Origin: Leptolyngbyaceae cyanobacterium
GTDB lineage: Bacteria > Cyanobacteriota > Cyanobacteriia > Phormidesmidales > Phormidesmidaceae
Length of the DNA stretch: 64,000 nucleotides
Reading direction: 5' to 3'
NCBI GenBank assembly: GCA_965263355.1
Contig: CBDHHL010000056.1
Location: 2,336,001-2,400,000 of the forward strand
Position 1 is the first letter of the stretch. Each line of letters begins with the position of its first letter. This document shows, in pieces, positions 10,953 to 19,748 of this stretch. Position numbers and translations under genes: made by a program. Below the pieces are notes generated by a model that had not been told where the DNA came from, did no database searches, and saw nothing but the letters and a program-made list of their open reading frames with translations.

Positions 10953-11672
10953 TTAAGAACAGCCTTCAGCCCATGTAACCGCAGGAAACTGCCCGGTACG
11001 AAACTGAGTGACCTGCCCCTGCTTATCTGTCTCAAACACTAGACTGTACAAGCTACTGCCAGCAGCGTCTGGGGTTAACGTCAGATAACTTCCCTCGGCA
11101 TATGGATGAGGGGTTACGTCAATTTGACCCTCGTAAACTGCCTCAACCTCCTCAACGGTAGACCCAATACCCAAACCACTGAGGGTTTTAACTGAACTAC
11201 CCGGCCAAATATCAATCCGAATCACCTGATCATTGACCACCATTAGGCCAATTCCATCAATCGAACCAACCCGTGCAGCCTTATCAGGATCATAGATTTC
11301 TGGGAAATAGTACTGACAAGCTTCAGACTCCGTCCTGGGAGCTACTACAAAGCTAACTTGAGCAGCATTGGCAGCTTCCTGAACCGTCATCCCCAGTCTG
11401 ACTGGGCCTAAACCATCTAGGGAGATTGGTTCTTTTTCTAGGGGGTGAGGAACATCCAAACGCTGTTGTACTCGACTAATCAGAGTATCAACAGCCGTTG
11501 CCCTAGCCATAATATGGGTCACTAGCGCAGACACAGGACGCAGAGTAGGCAGCTGAGCCCCCACCATGACACAACTGCTCAGGCCCATAGCAGGTACGGT
11601 TGCCAGTAAAAAAGGCTTAACTCTATGGGTAAAACCAGTTAGTAATCGGGACTTTTGAAATCGAGCCATCAT
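10953..11672 (-). CDS. Hypothetical exported or lipoprotein
   Basis: 239-aa ORF; LSSC lipobox-like segment; GLGPVRLGMT and TLSGLGIGST repeats; ends in EGCS. Confidence 0.65.
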   Translation of the reverse strand: MMARFQKSRLLTGFTHRVKPFLLATVPAMGLSSCVMVGAQLPTLRPVSALVTHIMARATAVDTLISRVQQRLDVPHPLEKEPISLDGLGPVRLGMTVQEAANAAQVSFVVAPRTESEACQYYFPEIYDPDKAARVGSIDGIGLMVVNDQVIRIDIWPGSSVKTLSGLGIGSTVEEVEAVYEGQIDVTPHPYAEGSYLTLTPDAAGSSLYSLVFETDKQGQVTQFRTGQFPAVTWAEGCS

Positions 11673-11855
11673 CAGTCACAAAGGCATTGGTCAAGGCATG
11701 ACCAACTGTCAAGAAATAAACACTTACGTAACAGCTTAATAGAAAGAATAATTTAGAAATGTAAGTAATAACGCCTAAACCAATCCTTTTCTGCCTTATC
11801 TTTATATGGGAAATATATTTTGATTAATCCTCTACTAAACTATCAGGAGTCCACC

Positions 11856-13001
11856 GTGTCACAAATTCCGTCTGACCCAGGTCCCAATAATGGTCGCCGT
11901 CGCTTAGTTACAGACGACGAGCTAATAGCAATGTTCGTAGCATTTTTAACCCTGGGAAGTATCTTATTTTGGGGTTTGACTCGGTCCGGAGTTAATTTAT
12001 TTGGCGACGCAAATATACTCAGTGCAGATGGAACTCCTAATCTGGTGGGTGATTTAGATAATAATCTAGCCATCGGCATAGAGCCTGACAGTGATAATGA
12101 TCCAATTGGCTTTGATAGCACAGAAACGCTAGGTACTGCAGGTGCTGGCACTCTCAGAAGTTTAGATCGCTCAACAGAGAAAGTAACACCTCCGAGAGTT
12201 CAACCCAACAATCAAATCACGGTTAGCCCGCCAGAGCCTACCAGTGATACTCGACCATCGGTGACGCCTACATTACCAAAGCAGGCAGCCCAGCCTGCAA
12301 CCCCTGAAAAACCGGCAGCGGCCCCTGAAAAACCGGCGGCAGCTCCTGAAAAACCGGCAGCACCTCTTCCTCCTCTAGAAGTTACCCAGGAAGCATTACA
12401 GTTTACGGATGTCCCGGATGCTTACTGGGCTAAACCTTACATTGACGCTCTGAGCGAGCGAGATGTGTTTGACGGTATTATTGTTGACGGTGTTTCGGAA
12501 GATGACACCTTTAAACCGGATGAGCCTATCAGTCGTGCCCAACTTGCTCGGGCCATTACGAAGGCATTTCCCTTATCAGAAGAAGAATCTGCAATTTCAT
12601 TTTCTGATGTTGCTGATGATTTCTGGGCCTTTGATTTTATCAACGAAGCCGTTAAGGGTGGCTATATGAATGGCTTTCCCGATGGGAGTTTTAAGCCAGA
12701 GTTACCCGTGCCCCGTGATCAGGCACTGACTGCTATGGTCACAGGTACCAATGCTACTGTGCAGGGAGACGCTGCAGAGGTTGTTACCCGTTACAGTGAT
12801 GCTGATGATATTCAGAAATGGGCCATTCCTAAGGTAGCCGCCGCCACCCAATCTGGATTGGTAGTCAATCACCCTGACCTCACTGTCTTGAATCCAAATC
12901 AACCGGCTACTCGGGCTGAAGTAGCGGCCATGATTTATCAGACGTTGGTGGTCCAGGGCAGAATTGATCCAATTGATGGTGAGTATATCGTTCAGCCGTA
13001 A
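11856..13001 (+). CDS. Membrane-anchored S-layer homology (SLH) domain protein
   Basis: N-terminal TM helix, Pro/Ala linker, three SLH-like units (FTDVPDAYWA, FSDVADDFWA, PNQPATRAEVAAM); GTG at 11856 follows an AGGAG RBS. Confidence 0.9.
   Translation: MSQIPSDPGPNNGRRRLVTDDELIAMFVAFLTLGSILFWGLTRSGVNLFGDANILSADGTPNLVGDLDNNLAIGIEPDSDNDPIGFDSTETLGTAGAGTLRSLDRSTEKVTPPRVQPNNQITVSPPEPTSDTRPSVTPTLPKQAAQPATPEKPAAAPEKPAAAPEKPAAPLPPLEVTQEALQFTDVPDAYWAKPYIDALSERDVFDGIIVDGVSEDDTFKPDEPISRAQLARAITKAFPLSEEESAISFSDVADDFWAFDFINEAVKGGYMNGFPDGSFKPELPVPRDQALTAMVTGTNATVQGDAAEVVTRYSDADDIQKWAIPKVAAATQSGLVVNHPDLTVLNPNQPATRAEVAAMIYQTLVVQGRIDPIDGEYIVQP
12303..12365 (+). repeat. Three tandem 21-bp coding repeats (PEKPAAA/P)
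   Basis: CCTGAAAAACCGGC(A/G)GC... occurs three times in frame in the SLH protein linker. Confidence 0.9.
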
Positions 13002-13019
13002 ATACTCAGCCATAAGATA

Positions 13020-13637
13020 GTGGACGGTCTGATTACTGGATCTGATGGACAGCCTCGCTGCTGGTGGCCTGGTGATAGTGCTACATATTTGGCCTATCAC
13101 GACCATGAGTGGGGCTATCCAGTTAAAGACGATATTAAACTGTTTGAAAAAATCTGTTTGGAAGGATTTCAGGCAGGGTTGAGCTGGTTAACGATTTTGC
13201 GCAAGCGGAACAATTTTCGAGCTGCTTTTGAACAGTTCAATTTTGAAAAAGTTGCTCATTATACGGAAACTGATGTCGAGCGACTACTTCAAGACGCTGG
13301 TATTGTGCGCCATCGTCGCAAAATCGAATCCACGATTAATAATGCTCAACGGGCCTGCGACTTAGTAGACGAGTGGGGGTCATTGGCGGCTTATTTCTGG
13401 CAATACAAGCCTAATGAACGGCCTACTCGCTTTGACTATGCAACCCTATCCCAGTTGATTAAAACTCCAGAATCCATCGCCTTGAGCAAGGATTTGAAAA
13501 AACGTGGCTGGTCTTTTATTGGTCCAACTACAGCCTATGCTTTTATGCAAGCGATGGGTTTAGTCAACGATCACCTTGAAGGTTGCTGTATCCGTCCCTT
13601 AGTCGAAGAACAACAGACTTTATTTGAGCATCCATGA
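13020..13637 (+). CDS. tag: DNA-3-methyladenine glycosylase I
   Basis: YHDHEWG, LEGFQAGLSWLTILRKR, GPTTAYAFMQAMGLVNDH. Confidence 0.95.
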   Translation: MDGLITGSDGQPRCWWPGDSATYLAYHDHEWGYPVKDDIKLFEKICLEGFQAGLSWLTILRKRNNFRAAFEQFNFEKVAHYTETDVERLLQDAGIVRHRRKIESTINNAQRACDLVDEWGSLAAYFWQYKPNERPTRFDYATLSQLIKTPESIALSKDLKKRGWSFIGPTTAYAFMQAMGLVNDHLEGCCIRPLVEEQQTLFEHP

Positions 13638-13756
13638 AGCTCGATGATTTTAAGATTTAATTCTGGGGATAATGCTCAGATGGTACACAGTTGCTGACAA
13701 CTATGAGGCAAACTAAACTCGTCTAACAAGTATCTTGAACGCGTGGAGGTTCCCCC

Positions 13757-15097
13757 TTGGCAGATGCGATCGCAATTTACCTAGTCAACGAAGAGGAACT
13801 TCAGACCGATCATCCTGACAGCATTGTTTGGTGCCAAGCATCTGGATTTTCCGGCCAAGCTGGGAAAACATGTTTAGTCCCCGATGCGACAGGCAACCTC
13901 AGCAAAGTATTAGTAGGCCGCCCTGAGAGAATTGATACATGGACCCTGGCCGCACTACCCAAAACCTTACCAACCGGTAATTACACCCTGGGCAATTCAT
14001 TTGCTGTCAGCAACGCCACAAAACTCTATCTAGGCTGGCAACTGGGGAGCTACAACTTTGATCGCTACAAACTAACTAAAGTCGGGCCGCTCGCCACTCT
14101 ACAAACCCCCAATAATATAGATTTAACCTACGTTAAAGCTGCAACTGAAGCAACCTATCTTGTTCGAGACCTCGTCACTACCCCATCTAACAATATGGGA
14201 CCTGATCAGTTAGAAGAAACCGCCCGTAACCTGGCTGATCGCTACGAAGCCAAAGTACGCGTCATTGCTGGTGGCGATTTAGTGATCGAGAATTACCCAA
14301 TGATCTATGCCGTTGGTAAAGCCAGCACCCGTGCTCCACGGCTGATTGATTTACGTTGGGGAAATCCAGATGCGACCAAAATCACCCTGGTGGGCAAAGG
14401 CGTTTGCTTTGACAGCGGTGGTCTGGATGTGAAATCAGCCACTGGCATGCGTCTCATGAAAAAAGACATGGGAGGTGCGGCCCAAGTATTCGGGTTAGCG
14501 CAAATGATCATGGAAATAGGGTTACCTATCAATTTGCGAGTACTCGTAGCAGCCGTTGAAAATAGTATTGCAGGTAATGCTCTACGGCCCTTAGATATTT
14601 TGACCTCCCGCAAAGGTACCACGATTGAAGTCGGCAACACAGACGCTGAAGGTCGTTTAGTCATGGCCGATGCCCTATGGGAAGCCAGTAGTGAGGAGCC
14701 AGCCTTAATTATCGACTGTGCCACCCTTACAGGTGCTGCCCGCGTGGCCCTTGGCACCGAACTACCGGCCTTTTTCTGCAACCATGACGACACTACTGCC
14801 ACACTGCTTAAGGCAGGTCTAAATCTAGACGACCCACTATGGAATCTCCCCTTACATGATGCCTATCGCTCAATGTTAGATAGCCCCGTTGCCGACATGA
14901 ATAATATTGCCAATGGCTCCTACGGTGGCTCAATTACAGCAGCTCTATTTCTACAAGAATTTATCCAGCCAGATATTCCCTGGGTCCATGTAGACTTCAT
15001 GGCCTATAACCTCCGTAGCCTACCCGGTCGGCCTGAAGGTGGAGAAGCCATGGGCATGCGAGCATTATTTGAGCTGATCAAACAGCACATAGCTTGA
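13757..15097 (+). CDS. M17 leucyl aminopeptidase family protein (PepB-like)
   Basis: VGKGVCFDSGGLD, MKKDMGGAA, NTDAEGRL, ATLTGA. Confidence 0.92.
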   Translation: MADAIAIYLVNEEELQTDHPDSIVWCQASGFSGQAGKTCLVPDATGNLSKVLVGRPERIDTWTLAALPKTLPTGNYTLGNSFAVSNATKLYLGWQLGSYNFDRYKLTKVGPLATLQTPNNIDLTYVKAATEATYLVRDLVTTPSNNMGPDQLEETARNLADRYEAKVRVIAGGDLVIENYPMIYAVGKASTRAPRLIDLRWGNPDATKITLVGKGVCFDSGGLDVKSATGMRLMKKDMGGAAQVFGLAQMIMEIGLPINLRVLVAAVENSIAGNALRPLDILTSRKGTTIEVGNTDAEGRLVMADALWEASSEEPALIIDCATLTGAARVALGTELPAFFCNHDDTTATLLKAGLNLDDPLWNLPLHDAYRSMLDSPVADMNNIANGSYGGSITAALFLQEFIQPDIPWVHVDFMAYNLRSLPGRPEGGEAMGMRALFELIKQHIA

Positions 15098-15215
15098 TGG
15101 ATTTTGACGCACAATTTTATAAAAACCACCAGTAAAAATTATTGCGATCAAAAAAGAGCTGCGGTGCCAAACCCAAGTATCCTTTTTACCTTCATTTTTA
15201 TTTTTCTGCGGCTCA

Positions 15216-17978
15216 CTAATTTTCGCGTTCCACCACAATCACGTTCTCAGTCACCTTTTCAAAGGTGTCATCATGGCTAATCACAAACAACTGCTTAAAC
15301 GTCTTCAGTCGAGCAATCGCCTCGGCTAAACTCTCCCGTCGAGGACGATCCATATTGGTCGTAGGTTCATCGAAAAAGGCGATATCAATATCGGCCAGCA
15401 CTTTGAGTAACGCTAAACGCACAGCCAGAGCAGCACACATTTGCTCCCCTCCTGACAAATTGATAAACCGACGTGAGTTCCCCCCTTCTTGGACGACAAT
15501 TTCATAGTCGCGAGTCCATTCCAAGGCTACATTTGGACGGTTGAGCAGTTCTCGAAATAGTCGATCTGCCTCTTGAGAAATTCCCTGTACATAGCGCTCA
15601 GTAATGCGGGGACCAGCTTCTTTATAGGCTTTGCGAGCAAAGTTGATAAACCGTTTAACGCGTTCCTTCTGTTTTAATTCAATTTGAGCGTGATCACGTT
15701 TTTCTACTACCTGCTGCAGAGTCTTAAGCTGCTCCGTAAGTTCTGTCTGTAATTTATGCTGTTGGGGTAAACTGCCGGTAATGCGATCGCACTGAGACTT
15801 TACGTCGGCATAACGCTGTTCTAGCCCTGGCAGTGCCAACGGATCAAAATCAACCGAGAGCTGACTTAACTCTGCCGTCAAACTGGTCTGTTGCTCAGTC
15901 AAATCAATAATCAGCTGATTCGCTATCTCCAAATCAGCACTCAATTGCTTTAACACTTGGGCATCGTTTTCATTTTGGATATAAATCAGGTAGCCTGGCT
16001 GATGTGCCTGACGTAACTGCTGCTGTTGTGCTAGTTCTTGATCTAAATCGGCAAAACCAGAAAGCTGGGCCGTCAAGTCAGCCAGAGTTGTTTCCAACGT
16101 TTCACGATGGGTGAGCAGTCGTTCATAGTCGGCCTCAACGTTATCCATAGCTTGCAGCTGTCCCTGCAACACTTGGCGACGACCGTTGGGGTCCCCCAAT
16201 GATTCCATAGCTTTCTCTAAATCAGTCAAACGCTGATTCAGGGGCTCAAGTTGTTGAAGCTGCTGCTCCAAAGTAGCAAGATCAGTTTGTAGTTTTTGCT
16301 GTTGGGCCATCAGGTCTCTGTGCTTTTGCTTCAGCCGGGGGCGATTCCTTAGCTGTGCTCGATGACCATAGGCCAGATTTAACTGAGTTTGGCCAGACTC
16401 TAAATTGTGCGTGAGTTGCTCAGTATCGACTTGTTCCGAGAGATCATTAAGAATAGTCTCTAGAGCCGACAATGTACTCCGACTTAAGGTTTGGCCAGTT
16501 GCGATCGCAGTTTTCAACTGATCAATCACACCAATAGATAATAGGGGTATTGTCTGCTGGAGTGAATCTAATGCATCAAGGGCGGCGGCTGTTTGTTGCC
16601 CATAGTCTGCTGCTTGAGATTTATGGTTCGTGACCAGCTGTCGTAACTCTGTTTCAAACTGTTGTGCCGTCTCCACACGACTCAGCTGTTGTTGCCAACG
16701 CTGCTGCTGTTGTTCCAAAACAGGAATAGTCTCTACACTTGCTTGAAGGGCATCCAGGGCAGTTAGTTCAGTCTCAGCCTGCTGCATATCTCGCTGGTGG
16801 CTAGACAATTTCTCTTTCAAGTTCTGAGAACGCAACTGCACCTGGGCTAAGGACTGTTGTTTTTTCAGCAGTGCCTGATATTCTGTTTCTAAGTCCTCTT
16901 GCTGCTGACATTGAGGCACCAAATTCACAATCTGAGTTTGGAGCTGACTGCGCTGGGCTAACTTTACCTGTAACCCTGCCATCGTCACCGCTTGCTGATC
17001 GAGATTACGCTGCTGTGTTTGCTGACGCTGCAGCAACTGCTGACGCTGTTTGTTTTTCTGTGTTAACGTCTTCAGAGTATGTTCAACATCTAGATAACAG
17101 CGATGGGCTGATGCATAGGTTTGACAGAGTTCCTGAGCCTGCTGCGACTTTAACCGAGCTTGTTCAAGCACTTGTTGAGCCTGTTGTTTAGCCTCTAGCT
17201 GCAAGCTTAATTGCCGTTGTTGCTGTTGCAAACTCTGTATGTTTTGGGCCTGGGCTGCCAGGGACTCTTTTTGTTTTTGAAGCTGCACCAGGTCCTGCTG
17301 CAAACTAGCTAGCCGTTGTTCGCTAACCGTAATCTCTGCAGAGACACTATCATGACGTGCCTGCACGTTATCTAACGATTGCAACTGCTCTTCATACTGC
17401 TGCAACTGATTTTTGAGCAGGTACACTTGCCCCTCAGCATACCGTCGCAGTGCATTCGAGTCTTTATGGACCTGACGGTATTCCTCAACCTTTAAGACAC
17501 TGTCAAAAATAGGTTTACGCTTTTCAGGACTGAGCAAAAAATCGGCAGTAAAGGTCCCCTGGGGGACCCCAATCGTATTGGCAAATAGCTGCCCTAAATC
17601 TGTGCCGATGGGCACTCCCAAATGCTGCTTTAACCAGGGCTCTACTTCATCTTTAATCCGGCTGTAGTTTAAGCGCTCTCCCAGCTGAGGATCAAATAGG
17701 GTATATCCACGGCTGGTACAGCGTTCTACCTCGTACGTTCGACCATCATAACTAGAGACAAAGGCAACCCTAACTTGGGCACTGCCACTGCCATTACGCA
17801 CCAAATCTTCTTGCCGATAGCTACCCCGATGGTTAAATAATGTCCAGGCGATGGCCTCTAAGATACTGGTTTTACCCGCACCGTTGACACCACAAATAGC
17901 GTTGGTACCCAGTTGAAATTCAAAGTTGCGATCGCGGTGGGTTTTAAAGTTGGTGAGGGTAACCGACAGCAAATACAT
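15216..17978 (-). CDS. sbcC: SbcC/Rad50-type SMC ATPase
   Basis: Walker A GVNGAGKTS, Q-loop VPQG, long coiled coil, signature LSGGEQ, Walker B FFDEPT, H-loop ISHD. Confidence 0.9.
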   Translation of the reverse strand: MYLLSVTLTNFKTHRDRNFEFQLGTNAICGVNGAGKTSILEAIAWTLFNHRGSYRQEDLVRNGSGSAQVRVAFVSSYDGRTYEVERCTSRGYTLFDPQLGERLNYSRIKDEVEPWLKQHLGVPIGTDLGQLFANTIGVPQGTFTADFLLSPEKRKPIFDSVLKVEEYRQVHKDSNALRRYAEGQVYLLKNQLQQYEEQLQSLDNVQARHDSVSAEITVSEQRLASLQQDLVQLQKQKESLAAQAQNIQSLQQQQRQLSLQLEAKQQAQQVLEQARLKSQQAQELCQTYASAHRCYLDVEHTLKTLTQKNKQRQQLLQRQQTQQRNLDQQAVTMAGLQVKLAQRSQLQTQIVNLVPQCQQQEDLETEYQALLKKQQSLAQVQLRSQNLKEKLSSHQRDMQQAETELTALDALQASVETIPVLEQQQQRWQQQLSRVETAQQFETELRQLVTNHKSQAADYGQQTAAALDALDSLQQTIPLLSIGVIDQLKTAIATGQTLSRSTLSALETILNDLSEQVDTEQLTHNLESGQTQLNLAYGHRAQLRNRPRLKQKHRDLMAQQQKLQTDLATLEQQLQQLEPLNQRLTDLEKAMESLGDPNGRRQVLQGQLQAMDNVEADYERLLTHRETLETTLADLTAQLSGFADLDQELAQQQQLRQAHQPGYLIYIQNENDAQVLKQLSADLEIANQLIIDLTEQQTSLTAELSQLSVDFDPLALPGLEQRYADVKSQCDRITGSLPQQHKLQTELTEQLKTLQQVVEKRDHAQIELKQKERVKRFINFARKAYKEAGPRITERYVQGISQEADRLFRELLNRPNVALEWTRDYEIVVQEGGNSRRFINLSGGEQMCAALAVRLALLKVLADIDIAFFDEPTTNMDRPRRESLAEAIARLKTFKQLFVISHDDTFEKVTENVIVVEREN

Positions 17979-18016
17979 GGTAACCCCCGACTAAATCAGT
18001 AAAGATTGCTTGTGTG

Positions 18017-18037
18017 CTAACCAGTTTAACTGGTTAG
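18017..18037. promoter_or_regulatory. Perfect 10+1+10 palindrome upstream of sbcC (operator or hairpin candidate)
   Basis: CTAACCAGTT-T-AACTGGTTAG, about 40 bp upstream of the sbcC ATG. Confidence 0.5.
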
Positions 18038-18131
18038 AGAGCAATTAAGACAGCGATCTACATCATCGAAGCAGCAGAACAAACTCAATACCAAAGGATT
18101 CACAGTAAGGTTGCCAATTTTCCTTAAGCCC

Positions 18132-18428
18132 CTAAAAAACATCTAAGTGGACAGAAACATTTGCAGGCTGTCGCAACACTGGTAAAGCCTGCTGCGCCCA
18201 AACTTGCACCTTAGGGTGAGAACTCGTTGCCAACTGACGACACAGCCTAATTGCCTGTGGCAATTGACCACTCTCTTTATAAGCGCGCACCAACCAAATA
18301 TTTGCTGAATAATAAAGTTTGCTGGGTGGACGGGCTTGGGACGCAACATATTTCAAGCCACTAATACCTTCCTGGAATTGTCCAACCCTGACTGCATCTA
18401 TAGCAGCCGTCAGCATCTCCTGTGACAT
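18132..18428 (-). CDS. Small TPR-like helical hypothetical protein
   Basis: 98 aa; ANIWLVRAYKESGQLPQAIRLCRQL...WAQQAL helical-repeat pattern. Confidence 0.7.
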   Translation of the reverse strand: MSQEMLTAAIDAVRVGQFQEGISGLKYVASQARPPSKLYYSANIWLVRAYKESGQLPQAIRLCRQLATSSHPKVQVWAQQALPVLRQPANVSVHLDVF

Positions 18429-19748
18429 ATCGTCTTGCTCTCACCTATTTGTAATGTGTAAATTGCCTGCCGATGATCTGATGCAATGCAGAAGCACCCT
18501 ATCGCGCGAAACATGACTGAGTTCCATGTGAACAAATCGGATCTATCAAACCACCATGAGCCCTATGACAGGCCATCGCTTATCAGCCGTAAAACTTGCC
18601 CACAACAAGAATGAAATACTCTTCACTCCACAAAACCCTGTCCCCAAATTTTCGTTTTACCCTTAAAGTTATCTCTTTAGAAATCCTGACACCCAAGTTT
18701 GTTCCTTACAGCCAAGAATTAAGCTATATTACTGAGTCAACACAAAGCCGCAAAAACACAGTATTTGCAACCACCCACAGCACTAAAATACACCTAATTG
18801 CAAACTCAACTTAGGTGTCAATATGGAATGTGCATTAAATACAGACAGTCACCTACATGAGTATAAAAATGGTAGAAGCTTTTTATCGTCTGAGTATCAG
18901 ACCCTCTGCTTCTTATAGTATCGTCAGCAAGAGATTATGATTCCCCCAGTATTCTTGATGCAATACATCACCTTTAGGCGCAGTAATCTTTTAATTATTA
19001 CCTAAAAAAATAAATAACTAGAAGCACCCAAAAATTCAAACATAATCAATACTTTTATCTAACTGCTTTACTTCAAAAAATAGGTAAAATTCTATCGGCC
19101 AAATGGCTGCACCGGTTATTCACAGGATAGATAACTCAGATTGAGTCCTTGCTTTAGAAAATACGTGTAACTGACGCGAAAGCAATACCTACATCCAATA
19201 ACCATCTAAGTATTTGTTCAAACATTTAAGTAGTCTTACGGAATATTTTCGCCTTAAAATCCGCTAATTGGCTGAGACATATCAATAATTTTTTATTGAT
19301 CAGAAAAATTTTATGTTCGTGAGGCAAAATTAACCTGATAAACACGGTTTTCAGGGAACAATCCCTTTTGAAATTTTAAGCAATAGTACTAATCGCCGTT
19401 CAAAAAATATCAACTCTATTTGATGACTCAATAAGCCTTCTACGAGTTTTTATGCATGGCCCACAATATTTGACGTACCAAATCTTTTTGATGCTAGCCA
19501 ACAGAGGGGATCACCCTCTAGACCATCCGCAAAAACTTCTATTATGTTGAGAATGCAAAGGGTCTGTCCCCAAGAACACTAAGGGTACTTACTGACGGGC
19601 ATCCGTGATGTTCTTGAAAGTTCAGAGAGATTTTGTGATTTGTAGAGTGGTTTCCCTCAGAAAAAACAGTCTATTTGACAGTGCTGTTCTCCTTGATTAC
19701 AGGAAATATGTATAACACCTACGAAATAACCATTGGAATATATGAATT

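Noticed and set aside
12303..12365. 21-bp repeats as a possible CRISPR array
   Set aside because: They are contiguous in-frame coding repeats with no spacers, and no cas genes are present.
14305..14802. 165-aa antisense ORF inside the M17 peptidase gene, and similar nested ORFs elsewhere
   Set aside because: They mirror the codon structure of well-supported genes on the opposite strand and have no independent signals.
15216..17978. SMC-like protein as a Wadjet or Lamassu defence component
   Set aside because: No jet or lmu partner genes are adjacent, and the motifs fit the housekeeping SbcC/Rad50 type.
18596..18916. Short ORFs in the large intergenic region (72 aa at 18596; 31 aa at 18823)
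   Set aside because: Weak starts, no recognisable motifs, and composition like non-coding DNA.
19520..19620. Possible c-di-GMP-I riboswitch (GCAAA...GCAAAG) upstream of the caspase gene
   Set aside because: It lacks the GNRA-capped P2 stem and the receptor architecture; the similarity is superficial.
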